Part shown: in pieces, positions 1 through 9,276 of the stretch
Position numbering within the stretch: position 1 is the stretch's first letter
Layout: each line of letters begins with the position of its first letter
From: Thermoplasmata archaeon
Lineage (GTDB): Archaea > Thermoplasmatota > Thermoplasmata > Lutacidiplasmatales > UBA184
DNA: 64,000 nt
Assembly (NCBI GenBank): GCA_028864975.1
Contig: JAGWLG010000016.1
Coordinates: 1 to 64,000 of the forward strand
Reading direction: 5' to 3'
Notes under the pieces: generated by a model
What the model saw: the letters and a program-made list of their open reading frames with translations, nothing else
Databases searched by the model: none
Told to the model about the DNA's origin: nothing
Made by a program: the position numbers and the translations under genes

Positions 1-198
1 CTCCCGCCCCTCTGGCAGGACGCCGCCATGTTCCTCCCGGGGACCTATGCCGCCCAGCTCGCGAAAGGGACGCTCGGTCTCCTACAGGTAGCCCCGACCA
101 CAGGGGAGTATGTTTCGGACGCGGTCCTCCTTGCGGTGGTGGGGGCGATCGGCCTCCTGGTATCGCTCAAGCTCTACCGGTGGGGCGGCGAGAACTAG
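1..198 (+). CDS. C-terminal fragment of probable ABC-2 type transporter permease (5' truncated)
   Basis: Frame 1 reads LPPLWQDAAMFLPGTYAAQLAKG...DAVLLAVVGAIGLLVSLKLYRWGGEN* (TAG 196-198); resembles ABC-2 permease ends (LP.TYA, last TM, 'F/Y RW'). Not in ORF track. Confidence 0.6.
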   Translation, partial: LPPLWQDAAMFLPGTYAAQLAKGTLGLLQVAPTTGEYVSDAVLLAVVGAIGLLVSLKLYRWGGEN

Positions 199-302
199 GG
201 GAGTGGCGGGCACATCACACCCCCGGGGGCGACTTTATCTCTGCGGGGCGACGTGTGTACACTACGCCCCTGGGGGTCTTCCCGGGAAGGCGTCGGCCAT
301 CC

Positions 303-1082
303 ATGCAACCACCCGAACAAGGTCGGAGACTCTTGCACAGGAGGCGCGGGGTCACCCCCATCATCGCTACGGTCCTACTGCTCAGCCTGACGATGGTCCT
401 TGTCGGTGCGCTCTATTACTTCGTAAGGGTGCCCATGCCCCCGCAGTCCCCGTACGTCGGTTTCACCGTCCAGTGGAACGACACACAGGTCGAGTTGATC
501 GGGCAGGGCGACAACGCCCCGGGAGCGAGCCAGTGCCCCAGTTCGACGCATTATATCTGCTATGTTCGCGGGATGAGCATTGTCGTGAGCGAAGTAGCCT
601 CGCCCGCTCCCGTGACGTCGCTCATCAAGGTCGAGTTCTGGTGCAATAATACCATCGCAGCCGAAGCGCCCCTATTTGGGATCGAGTACTCTCACGCCGT
701 TGCCAATTCACCGCCAGGCGGCCCCACACCGAACCCGAACGGCGCCCAGACGTGTGGGAAGGGCGCCAGCCAGCCGTACATCGGGCCCGACGGTGGGGTC
801 TGCGCGGGATCCGTCACCGCGGGCGTCGGCGTGCCGCTCTACGACCTGGTCTACTACACTCCGACCGACAACTCCACCGGCATCATCGAAGCGGGAGATA
901 CGTTCACGGCCTACCTGGGCGGAGATTGTCTCGGACCCCAGGACAAGAGCCTGAACGATGACCATTACGGACCTCCCGCGTGGTGCAACAAGGAGGCCAA
1001 CTCCTGTGTCGTCGAGCTTTGGTACACGGGCAACCCCTCCGCGTTCATCGGGAGCTTCCCGCTCGATCCTGCGCCATCGTGA
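303..1082 (+). CDS. Archaeal type IV pilin-like protein (class III signal peptide)
   Basis: HRRRG|VTPIIATVLLLSLTMVLVGALYYF is a typical prepilin cleavage site plus hydrophobic helix; 8 Cys in globular domain. ATG 303 preferred over ORF start 180. Confidence 0.8.
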   Translation: MQPPEQGRRLLHRRRGVTPIIATVLLLSLTMVLVGALYYFVRVPMPPQSPYVGFTVQWNDTQVELIGQGDNAPGASQCPSSTHYICYVRGMSIVVSEVASPAPVTSLIKVEFWCNNTIAAEAPLFGIEYSHAVANSPPGGPTPNPNGAQTCGKGASQPYIGPDGGVCAGSVTAGVGVPLYDLVYYTPTDNSTGIIEAGDTFTAYLGGDCLGPQDKSLNDDHYGPPAWCNKEANSCVVELWYTGNPSAFIGSFPLDPAPS

Positions 1083-1134
1083 TCGCACCGCTCGTTCCTG
1101 CGCCCTGAACGGTTCGCTGCCACTCGGAGCGATA

Positions 1135-1623
1135 CTAGCGCCCGGACGAGTCCCCTCGGGGACGGAACCACTTGCCGGCGCGCGCCCCGGAGCTTCGATC
1201 GGCCGGTTCCTGGGCGTGGTGGGAAGAGACCTCCCAGCGGACCCCGTAAGCGTCCTCAAAAACGAGCAGGTCCGGGCGTCGGGTGACGACCTGGCCCCCC
1301 AGACCCCACACCAACCCCTCGAGACGCTGGAGCTCCCCTCCATCCCCCTCGAGCCCGATGTGCTGAAGACGCTCCCCAGGGATCACGCGCTCCTTCTCCT
1401 CCAGGGCGAGGACCAGCCCTTCCCGCGCGAGGACGCTGAGCCCAATCCTCGCGCCGGACCGAGTGGCCTCCTCCCATCCCTTCCCTGAGGGGAGCGTGAA
1501 CCATCCTTCGGGGGTCTCCACCTCCCGGAACGCGACCTCCAGGTCGAAGAGCCTTCGATAGAGCTCCTCCGCCTTGCGGAGCGAAGGAACGCGGAGGGAG
1601 ACGTGGTCCACGCGACGTAACAC
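1135..1623 (-). CDS. VOC/glyoxalase family protein
   Basis: VDHVSLRVPSLRKAEELYRRLFDL, LQHIGL, FEDAYGVRWEV match VOC motifs; GTG 1623 chosen within ORF 1135..1833. Confidence 0.75.
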   Translation of the reverse strand: MLRRVDHVSLRVPSLRKAEELYRRLFDLEVAFREVETPEGWFTLPSGKGWEEATRSGARIGLSVLAREGLVLALEEKERVIPGERLQHIGLEGDGGELQRLEGLVWGLGGQVVTRRPDLLVFEDAYGVRWEVSSHHAQEPADRSSGARAGKWFRPRGDSSGR

Positions 1624-1654
1624 GACGCTGCGCCAAGTCCTAGCGTTCAAAGCG

Positions 1655-4516
1655 CTAGCGGTGGGGCGGGTTTCGGTAGAACCGGTTGTCTGGTGCCCGC
1701 CCGGGCGATGAGGGACCCGTGCGGGAGACTGGGAGCCGCTCGACCTCTTTCGAGGCATCTTTGCCTGCTGCGCGATGGTTCCCTGCCCGTCGTCGTCCCC
1801 CCTTGGTCCGCAAGCGCCGCACCGACAAGACAACGACCAGGGCGAGGAGAAACACCCCCATCAGCAGGATGGGCCATGGAACTCCCAAAACCGGTCCGGT
1901 CAGGATGGACCAGGGCGATGCCGAGACCTGAACGGCCGCGCTGGCGCTGCTCAGCCTCCCGCCACTGTCCTGCACGGTCACCGTCACCACGTAGTTTCCC
2001 GCGTTGGCGTACGTATGGACGGTGCTGCCGGTCGCCGTGCTCCCAGAGCCGCTCCCGTCCCCGAAGTTCCAGAGGAAGGCGTAGGGGGATGTGCCGCCAG
2101 AGGGGAGGGCCGTGAAGCTTCCCTGCGTCCCGGGCGAGAGCTCAAGGGGTGCTTGGAGCTGGACGGCCAAGCTCGAAAGGGGTGGTCCCACGGTGATCCC
2201 CACGCTCTGCGTGCCCGTTTCGCCAAGCGAGTCCTGCACGGTGAGGTTCACCGTGTACGTCCTGCTCTGCGCGAACGTGTGAACGACCGTGACTCCTGTG
2301 CCGCTCGTAGCGTCCCCAAAGGACCAGGCGTAGGAGTACGGGGGGACGCCCCCTCCCGCGCTTCCCGTGAAGGCCACCGAGAGCGGGGCGACACCACGGG
2401 TCCGGTTGGCCAGGACCTGGGCGAAAACCGCCAGGTTCACATGCACCTGGGTCGAGGTCGCGGACTCAGAGCCGGCCGAGTCGGTGACCTCCAGAGTGAC
2501 AACGTAGATGCCGGGGGCCGAGAACGCATGCGTGACGTTCTGGGAAAGGGCGTTCGGAGAGAGGTCGCCCAGACTCCAGTTGTACAGGTAGGGCGGCCGC
2601 CCGCCGGTGGCCGAGCCCGCCAGGTTCACCTGGAGCGGAGCGGGTCCCACCGTGGGTGAGGCGCCCTCCACGGGAAGAAGCTGGCCGGCCGGGCCCAGGA
2701 CCTGGATGGGGAGGGAGCGCGAGGCGACGTGGCCCAGCGCATCCCGCACTTGGACCACCGCCGAGAACGACCCCGAGGAGTTGTAGACGTGCGAGGGGGC
2801 CCACGAAGCGGAGCCCGGGGAGCCGTCGCCGAAGCTCCAGGCGACCGAGTAGGGAGAAGCGCCGCCGGAGGCCGTTGAGGAGAGAGCGACCGATAGGGGC
2901 ACGACCCCCGAGATGGGGAACGCCGTCCCGGTGACCGCCAGCGGGCCGGGAGGAGGCGAAGAGCTCTGCACCTGGAGGACCGCGATGCTCTCCGAGGGCA
3001 TGCGCCACGTGAAGGGGAGGTGCGTGGGATAGGAGCGGAGCAGGGGGGTCGCCGAGGAGGCGTTCCACGTCAGGCTCGTGCCCGGCCCAGAAAGGACCTG
3101 AAGCCCCTCTTGCGAGAGGTTCAGCACGAGGGACCGGGTCGCGTTCGCGTTCACGACGAACAGGGAGAGCGTGGAGGCGTTCGAGCTGAGCAGCGTATAC
3201 TCCCCAAGACCGATGCTCGTGCTGGGCCCTACGGAAAAGTTGCCCGGAGGGAGCGTCGGATAGACCGAGGAGAACACCTGGTAGATGGTATGGACGGGGG
3301 TGTAGCTCGGGGGAAACCAGGAGCCGGGGTAGTCCCCCTGGAAGTCCCAGTAGACCATCGAGGGCTCTCCCACCGCGACGGCCTGCACCACCTCGGCGGA
3401 GACGAAGGGGACCATCGGGAACCCCGACATGTAGGCCGCGAGCGTCGTGCCCTCGGCCGCCCCGTACTCGCCCACCAAGAGGGAGATGCCGCAGCCGGGG
3501 CAGCTTGCGGCGATCGCCTGCTCGTCGCGCGGGACCCTCCAGAAGAGGCTGGAGGAAGAGTCGAGGCCCGAGAAGAACCCGGTCAGGCTCTCTCCGGTGT
3601 AGCCGCTCCCGTCAGGATAGACGTGGATGGCGACCGCGTTCACCCCGGGGGCCGCGAGGGTCGCATTGATCCAGTCCGTCTCCGACGTGCTCCCTGTTCC
3701 CACCCCCCCCAGGCCGATGACCGGAGTGGAACGGTCGATCGAGCGTATCGCGCGGACGTCACCCTCGACGACCTGGGTGTACTGAGCGAAGGTCGGCCCG
3801 CGGTCCTGCGAGGTCGTCCATGAGGTCCACGGAGTGTTGAAGTGCGTCCAGAGGGCAGGCTCGTTCCCGATCTCCCAGGCGTACGGGTGGAACCCCAGGG
3901 TCGTGCCGACGTAGGCGACCTCGGCCTTCACCTGCGAGGTGCTGTTGATCTCGGCCGGGAGGGAGAAGATGACCCGGAGGCTCAGGTTCTCGGCCATGGA
4001 GAGGAACGAGAGGGTCGAGAGCTGTGGTGTCGAGGTCGAGCCGTCGTCGTTGTAGATGACCCCGAGCCCGTGGTTCGCGAGGGGATCATACCGGTCGGTG
4101 TAGCCGCCCCCGGGCCATCGGACGAGCTGGGAGCCGGTCCGCGAGAGGTCGCGGGTCAGCGTCGCGTTCCAGGGGTCCAGGGGCCGGACATTCACCCCCC
4201 AGAACTCGGAGGAGAGGCTCGTCGAGGGTCGCGGGGCCCGCGTTTCGGGAACAGGAGCACCCTGAACCAACGGCCCTCCGCCTGGACGGTCAGTCCCTGG
4301 AGTCGATGGCGGAGAAGCTGGCGCGATGGGATGCACGAGGGGAACGGTCGGAAGCGAGAGCAGGACCGTGACGAGAAGCGTGCCCGCCGCGGAGGTACGA
4401 AGGACCGAGCGAACCCTACGACCCAGCAACGCTAGAGCTTCGCGGTCGGGTGAATTAAGGAGTGGGCCGGGCCGGGCACCCGAAGGAATGCGAACGGAGG
4501 TTCCTGGAATCGTCAC
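1655..4516 (-). CDS. Membrane-anchored clan GH-A glycoside hydrolase (GH39/44/51/79-like) with 4 PKD domains
   Basis: RWPGG, WEIGNEP (acid/base), VGEYG (nucleophile), C-terminal beta-sandwich, four WxFGD-type PKD repeats, TM + RRLR tail. Likely true start TTG 4429 (TATA at 4453-4458). Confidence 0.85.
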   Translation of the reverse strand: MTIPGTSVRIPSGARPGPLLNSPDREALALLGRRVRSVLRTSAAGTLLVTVLLSLPTVPLVHPIAPASPPSTPGTDRPGGGPLVQGAPVPETRAPRPSTSLSSEFWGVNVRPLDPWNATLTRDLSRTGSQLVRWPGGGYTDRYDPLANHGLGVIYNDDGSTSTPQLSTLSFLSMAENLSLRVIFSLPAEINSTSQVKAEVAYVGTTLGFHPYAWEIGNEPALWTHFNTPWTSWTTSQDRGPTFAQYTQVVEGDVRAIRSIDRSTPVIGLGGVGTGSTSETDWINATLAAPGVNAVAIHVYPDGSGYTGESLTGFFSGLDSSSSLFWRVPRDEQAIAASCPGCGISLLVGEYGAAEGTTLAAYMSGFPMVPFVSAEVVQAVAVGEPSMVYWDFQGDYPGSWFPPSYTPVHTIYQVFSSVYPTLPPGNFSVGPSTSIGLGEYTLLSSNASTLSLFVVNANATRSLVLNLSQEGLQVLSGPGTSLTWNASSATPLLRSYPTHLPFTWRMPSESIAVLQVQSSSPPPGPLAVTGTAFPISGVVPLSVALSSTASGGASPYSVAWSFGDGSPGSASWAPSHVYNSSGSFSAVVQVRDALGHVASRSLPIQVLGPAGQLLPVEGASPTVGPAPLQVNLAGSATGGRPPYLYNWSLGDLSPNALSQNVTHAFSAPGIYVVTLEVTDSAGSESATSTQVHVNLAVFAQVLANRTRGVAPLSVAFTGSAGGGVPPYSYAWSFGDATSGTGVTVVHTFAQSRTYTVNLTVQDSLGETGTQSVGITVGPPLSSLAVQLQAPLELSPGTQGSFTALPSGGTSPYAFLWNFGDGSGSGSTATGSTVHTYANAGNYVVTVTVQDSGGRLSSASAAVQVSASPWSILTGPVLGVPWPILLMGVFLLALVVVLSVRRLRTKGGRRRAGNHRAAGKDASKEVERLPVSRTGPSSPGRAPDNRFYRNPPHR
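4453..4458 (-). promoter_or_regulatory. Putative TATA box
   Basis: TTAATT on minus strand 24-29 nt before in-frame TTG 4429. Confidence 0.45.
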
Positions 4517-4567
4517 CCGAGGTTGCCCGCTTCGGCTAGGACACTACCTTCCGGGCTCGTCGGTGGC

Positions 4568-4957
4568 CTAAGGAGTTGTTGGTCGTGGAGCTCCCGTGAG
4601 ACGCGGGACCGCCCACTCCAACGAGAAGATCAACCCTGCGAAGAAGGCGAGCGTCGCGCCGACCAGGGCGATGAGGCTCCCGGTGAGGAATCCCCAGCCG
4701 ACGATGCCCAGCACGATCAGCGTGACCCCACCGACGATGCGCTCACCCGGAGTCCCCCGCGCGTAGTAGGTCATCACCCAGGTCAAGAGCCCCAGTACCC
4801 CGGCGAGGATGCCGAGCCCGATCCCCACGATCAGGCTCTGCGCGTGGGCGGTGACGACCGCATAGACCGCCCCAAGGATGAACGAGACGATCCCACCCAC
4901 GATGAGCAAGAGCCCGCCGACCGCGCCGAGCAACGAGGGTACAGCTTTTCGCTCCAT
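4568..4957 (-). CDS. Small 4-TM membrane protein, paralog of 59793..60194
   Basis: Four Gly-rich hydrophobic segments; aligns by eye with 59793..60194; TTAAA ~40 nt upstream. Confidence 0.75.
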   Translation of the reverse strand: MERKAVPSLLGAVGGLLLIVGGIVSFILGAVYAVVTAHAQSLIVGIGLGILAGVLGLLTWVMTYYARGTPGERIVGGVTLIVLGIVGWGFLTGSLIALVGATLAFFAGLIFSLEWAVPRLTGAPRPTTP

Positions 4958-5073
4958 GTGCGACCCGAGGACAGACGTTCACCTCGGGGAGCGGCTTTAA
5001 CCCCCTACTACCTCGAGCGCATGTCGTTACCGAAAGGTAACTATCGCCGTCCTTCACCTAAGGACCGGTGGGA

Positions 5074-8000
5074 TCAGGGCGGCGGAGGGTACTGCATGAC
5101 CGGTGGCACGCTCGAGCGCCTCCGGTGAATGATCACCACGACGACCACGGCGATCAGGGCCACCGCCGGCAGGACGAGCAGCAGTACCCCTAACGTGCCG
5201 AGCCCGAACCAGCCTGAGCTGCTCGTGGTCCCAGCTGACGAGACGGGGTAGATGTTGACCTCCGCGTGTCCGACGCCCGTGTGACCCGCGGAGTCCGTGA
5301 CGGTCAGGGTGACGTTCAGATGGCCAGGGGAGGTCGGCACGCAGGAGAAGCTCGCGGCGTTGCGAGAGGTGCATCCGCTCGGGAGCGAGGTCCAGGCGTA
5401 GGTGCCGTACGTCCCCGTTCCGCCCTGGACCGTGGACGAGAGCGTGAGCGTGCTCCCCAACCCAAGGGAGGAGGGGCTGGGCACGACCGTTACGCTGATC
5501 GAGGACGAGGAGGGTGTCCACACGTCAACTTCGGTGGTGGCCGAGGCGTGTGCTCCGATCGAATCCACGACCGAGACCGAGGCGTTGAAGTGTCCCGTGC
5601 CCGAAGGGGTGCATGAGATCGTGGAGGTGGTCCCCGAGCTGCAGCCGGACGGCAGCGAACTCCAGGCATACGGCCCGTACGGAGGAGTACCCCCGGACGG
5701 CGTGGCACTCAACGTGAAGGAGGAACCCAGCTCCAAGCTCAACTGGGGCGGTGAGACGGAGACGCTCAGGGCCGCGCTGCTCGAAGGCCAGACTGCAACC
5801 GCCGTCGTGGAGGATGCGGTGGACCCGGCGGAATCGCGGACCGTAACCGTCGTGTTGAAGTGGCCCGCGGCCGAGGGCGTGCAGGTCAGAGCCGAGGTCG
5901 AAGCGCCACCGCATCCTGTCGGAAGACCCGTCCAGGTGTAGGAGGAGTAGGTGCCGCTCCCCCCGAAGGCAGTCGCGGTGAGGGTGGTGGTGCCGCCGAG
6001 CGCGAAGGAGCGGGGCGCGGCCGAGAGCGAGACCGAGAGGGAGTTCGAGCCGGAGTTCCACACGTCGACCTCCGCGCTCCCGCTGCCGCTGTGCCCGAGG
6101 TCATCGGTCACGGTCGACGTCGCGTTCCAATGCCCGACCGCCGTCGGCGTGCAGATGTAGGAGGCGACCCACCGCGTCGCGCAACCCGTCGGCAGGTTCG
6201 TCCAGGAGTAGTTCACGTAGTTGCCGGTCCCTCCTCCAGGATAGGAGCTCAGCTGCACGCCATACCCGAGGGCAAGAGAGGTGGGGTTCGCGTTCGCCGA
6301 GACCGTCAGAGGAACGTAGGGGTTCCAGGCCGCCACGCTCACCTGGGCGGTGCCCGAAGCCCCGTTCGAGTCGTTCACCCAGAGCCAAGCCGTGTAGTTG
6401 CCAGGGGAGGTGTAAGTGTGCGTCGAGTTCTCCGTCGCCCCGCTCCCACCGTCACCGTACCTCCAGGCGAACGCGTACCCAGGAGTGCCGCCCGAGGCGT
6501 TGGAAAAGAAGTTCACGGTCAGCGGAACGTGTCCGGACGTGGGGTGGGCGGAAGCGGTCGCGGTTGGTGGGGGAGGAGAGGTCCCCTGAAGGACGATCTG
6601 GACCGTCGAGGTCGTCCGCTTCGTGACGGTGGCATTGGCGAACCCGTTCCCGACCAACGGCTTGTAGCCGGTACAGAAGATGGTCCCCGGCACGAGATTG
6701 TAGAAGGTGACCGTTCCCGCCGAATTGGTCCGGCCCCCTCGGCCCCCGATGTCCACGAAGGCGTTCGGCACGGAGTGCGAGCTGGAGTCGACCACGCTGA
6801 CGGTCAAGTTCCCGTCGTTCGTGTTCTCGTACGGGACCTGCGCGAACTCGGTCATGAGCCTCGTGTTCGTCCGGTTGTCGCCCCAGACTACGCCCGCGGT
6901 CCCCCAGGGGGTCAGCTTCGACCAGATCCAGTCGCCGCTCCAGAACCCGGAACCTGTCCCCACCACCGCGCTGGAGATCTGCTGCAGGGGGGACCAGCTG
7001 ACACCGTTGTCCGGGCTGTCCCGCTCGTAGACGTTCCATTGGGCGGTCGAAGGGTTGGCCCGCGTGTCGAGCCAGAAGATCGCGGTCTCCCCGGTGGCAG
7101 GGTCAGTCGCGATCGTGGGGGTCTGGAAGGTGGTCCCGCTCGGGGGGCTCCCCGAGAGGGTGACCGGCGTGGACCAGGACTTTCCCCAGTTGAACGTCTG
7201 GGAGAACATCACGGCCGTCGCCGCGCTGTTGAGGAAGACGATGTCGACCGCCGGCCCTTCTCCCCAGACCATCTGCCAGGTGATCGACCCACAGCCGGTG
7301 GGGGAGGATGCGGCCGCCTGCCAGCTCGCTCCGGAGTCGTTCGTGGTGATGAGCTGACAGACCCCGGGCTGGCTGGGGGTCGCCTGGTCGCCGACAAGCC
7401 AGTGCGTGTTGTCCAGCGCATCGGCGGAAGCGGTCGTGTCGCCGTTGCTGTAGAGCAGCACGACAGGATGGAACGTGAAGCCGTTCCATGCCGTGGACTC
7501 GTAGATGTTCGGACACACGTTCCCCGGGCAGGAATCGACGACGGAGACCACGGTCCCGTTCGGGGTGGACATGATCCAGTCCCGGTCCAGGAAGTTGTTC
7601 CCGGTGGTGGCCGAAGGGACCGAGACGACCGGTTGGCTGAGGTGTGTTCCGTTGTTCCACATCACCGTCGTGTAGGTGTTGTCGGGCGCGGTCGGACTCG
7701 GGTCAGCCCCGTACGAGAGCCACATCGTCCCGTTGGGGGATGCGGCGGTCTGGGCCACATCGAACTCGAACTGGGCGTTCGCGCAGGAGGTGTCCGTGCC
7801 GAGGTAGGGTCCCACGGCCGCCGTTCCCGTGAACGACGCACCGGAGTCGAGGGAGGAGCTCATGCCCACGGGCCCAAGGGGACATCCCGCGACGGCCTGG
7901 TCCTCCCAGGAGGCGGTCATGGCCCCCCAACGATTGATCGCGAACTCGGGCTCTCCAGCCGCCGCGCTCGGCCATCCGGGACTTGCGAGGACGTTCGTGG

Positions 8001-8196
8001 GTATCGCGCGGGTCCAGAAATGGGTCGGGAGGGAGGAGGCGAGGGGAACGAACCTTGAGTCGGGGACCGGGACCCCTCGATGCGCAGCAGCTCCGACCGC
8101 CGAGAACGGGACGGTCCCAAGGACCAGGACGGCCAAGATTAAGCCCACACGCACGGCGGTCGCTCTTGGGGGCAGTTCACCGCTCCGGGTCTTCAC
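5074..8196 (-). CDS. Surface protein: Asp-box (BNR/sialidase-like) propeller + PKD + 4 GLPxGC-type Ig-like domains + TM
   Basis: Asp-boxes SLDSGASF, TNDSGASW, TFNWGKSW, SPDNGVSW; PKD WRYGDG; W.xLP.GC...C repeats; TM then HRRRSSVPPVMQYPPPP. Confidence 0.85.
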   Translation of the reverse strand: MKTRSGELPPRATAVRVGLILAVLVLGTVPFSAVGAAAHRGVPVPDSRFVPLASSLPTHFWTRAIPTNVLASPGWPSAAAGEPEFAINRWGAMTASWEDQAVAGCPLGPVGMSSSLDSGASFTGTAAVGPYLGTDTSCANAQFEFDVAQTAASPNGTMWLSYGADPSPTAPDNTYTTVMWNNGTHLSQPVVSVPSATTGNNFLDRDWIMSTPNGTVVSVVDSCPGNVCPNIYESTAWNGFTFHPVVLLYSNGDTTASADALDNTHWLVGDQATPSQPGVCQLITTNDSGASWQAAASSPTGCGSITWQMVWGEGPAVDIVFLNSAATAVMFSQTFNWGKSWSTPVTLSGSPPSGTTFQTPTIATDPATGETAIFWLDTRANPSTAQWNVYERDSPDNGVSWSPLQQISSAVVGTGSGFWSGDWIWSKLTPWGTAGVVWGDNRTNTRLMTEFAQVPYENTNDGNLTVSVVDSSSHSVPNAFVDIGGRGGRTNSAGTVTFYNLVPGTIFCTGYKPLVGNGFANATVTKRTTSTVQIVLQGTSPPPPTATASAHPTSGHVPLTVNFFSNASGGTPGYAFAWRYGDGGSGATENSTHTYTSPGNYTAWLWVNDSNGASGTAQVSVAAWNPYVPLTVSANANPTSLALGYGVQLSSYPGGGTGNYVNYSWTNLPTGCATRWVASYICTPTAVGHWNATSTVTDDLGHSGSGSAEVDVWNSGSNSLSVSLSAAPRSFALGGTTTLTATAFGGSGTYSSYTWTGLPTGCGGASTSALTCTPSAAGHFNTTVTVRDSAGSTASSTTAVAVWPSSSAALSVSVSPPQLSLELGSSFTLSATPSGGTPPYGPYAWSSLPSGCSSGTTSTISCTPSGTGHFNASVSVVDSIGAHASATTEVDVWTPSSSSISVTVVPSPSSLGLGSTLTLSSTVQGGTGTYGTYAWTSLPSGCTSRNAASFSCVPTSPGHLNVTLTVTDSAGHTGVGHAEVNIYPVSSAGTTSSSGWFGLGTLGVLLLVLPAVALIAVVVVVIIHRRRSSVPPVMQYPPPP

Positions 8197-8268
8197 GGGC
8201 TCCGTGCTCCACCCCCCTTACGATGCTACAGCGTCGCACGGACGTTCCTGACTATTTCCTTCTTCGCC

Positions 8269-9258
8269 ATGATGGGACGCAAGAGGAGGGATCGGATGCC
8301 AGGAGGTACGATGCCCCGCGGGGCACGGTCGGGGGAGAGGTCGCCTGTGACTCCCCTCGAAGTGCTCCTGGAACGGACGAAAGGTCCGCCGTTTCCCCTG
8401 CCTCCCTTGCTGCGTGGATGGTACGGTCCTCTGCGGCTCCAAGCTCGTCGTGGTCGGCCTTGCGTCTACGCGAACCTCGCGTGCACCCTTGACGGAGTGG
8501 CCTCGTTCGGTGGACGCGGCTCCGGAGGCAGCGACATCACCGGGCCTTTCCCTCCGGACCGCATGGTGATGGGGCTCCTGCGGGCGGTAGCCGATGCGGT
8601 GGTCGTCGGCGCCGGGACCTTTCGAGCGATCCCCCATCACCGCTGGATCGCCTCCCAGATCTATCCACGCCTTGCGGGGACCTTCGCGAGGCTTCGGACC
8701 GACCTCGGGCTTCCACCGTACCCTGTGAACGTCATCGTGAGCGCGAGCGGAGAACTCGATCTCGGGCTGCCCGTCTTCCACACCCCTGGGCTCAAGGTCC
8801 TCGTGGTCACGACTCGCGCTGGTGAGGCTCGCCTCACCGCCCGTAGATGGCCGGAGGGGCCCGAGGTGTGGGCCGGGGGTGAAGGTCCGACGTTGCGTGC
8901 GAGGACGGTCCTACGCGCGATCTCGCGACACGGCCCGCTTCGCCGGGTCCTTCTCGAAGGAGGGCCCCATCTCCTGGGGAAGTTCCTCAAGGAAGGGCTC
9001 CTGGATGACCTGTTCCTGACCGTGGCACCTCAGGTCGGCGGTCGCTCCGACGCGGCGCGGCGAGTTTCCCTCGTCGAGGATGCGGCCTTCGGACCCGACC
9101 GACCGCTCTGGGCCGAGCTCCGTTCGGTCCGGAGCTCCCGCGACCACCTCTTCTTGAGATACGCCACGAACTCGGGTGGGCGCAGGGGAGGATGGACGGG
9201 CGCGGTCCCCTCGGGTGCGCCCCCAACACGAGGTCCGAAGGGCCCTCCTAGGGGCTAA
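8269..9258 (+). CDS. RibD C-terminal / dihydrofolate-reductase-like pyrimidine reductase family protein
   Basis: VYANLACTLDG, LRAVADAVVVGAGT, VLLEGGPHL, LLDDLFLTVAP; no deaminase domain. Start uncertain. Confidence 0.85.
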   Translation: MMGRKRRDRMPGGTMPRGARSGERSPVTPLEVLLERTKGPPFPLPPLLRGWYGPLRLQARRGRPCVYANLACTLDGVASFGGRGSGGSDITGPFPPDRMVMGLLRAVADAVVVGAGTFRAIPHHRWIASQIYPRLAGTFARLRTDLGLPPYPVNVIVSASGELDLGLPVFHTPGLKVLVVTTRAGEARLTARRWPEGPEVWAGGEGPTLRARTVLRAISRHGPLRRVLLEGGPHLLGKFLKEGLLDDLFLTVAPQVGGRSDAARRVSLVEDAAFGPDRPLWAELRSVRSSRDHLFLRYATNSGGRRGGWTGAVPSGAPPTRGPKGPPRG

Positions 9259-9276
9259 GTGGGAGGCCGCCCCCCC

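Noticed and set aside
5860-8058. 732-aa + strand ORF, and similar long ORFs (10668..12854 -, 33378..34946 +, 38511..40448 -, 53111..54973 -, 53194..55092 +, 63195..63998 -)
   Set aside because: Arg/Gly/Pro-rich shadow frames overlapping well-supported genes; expected in high-GC DNA with biased codon use; no domain motifs.
8197-8268. FMN riboswitch upstream of the RibD-like gene
   Set aside because: Only 72 bp between divergent genes and no FMN consensus elements.
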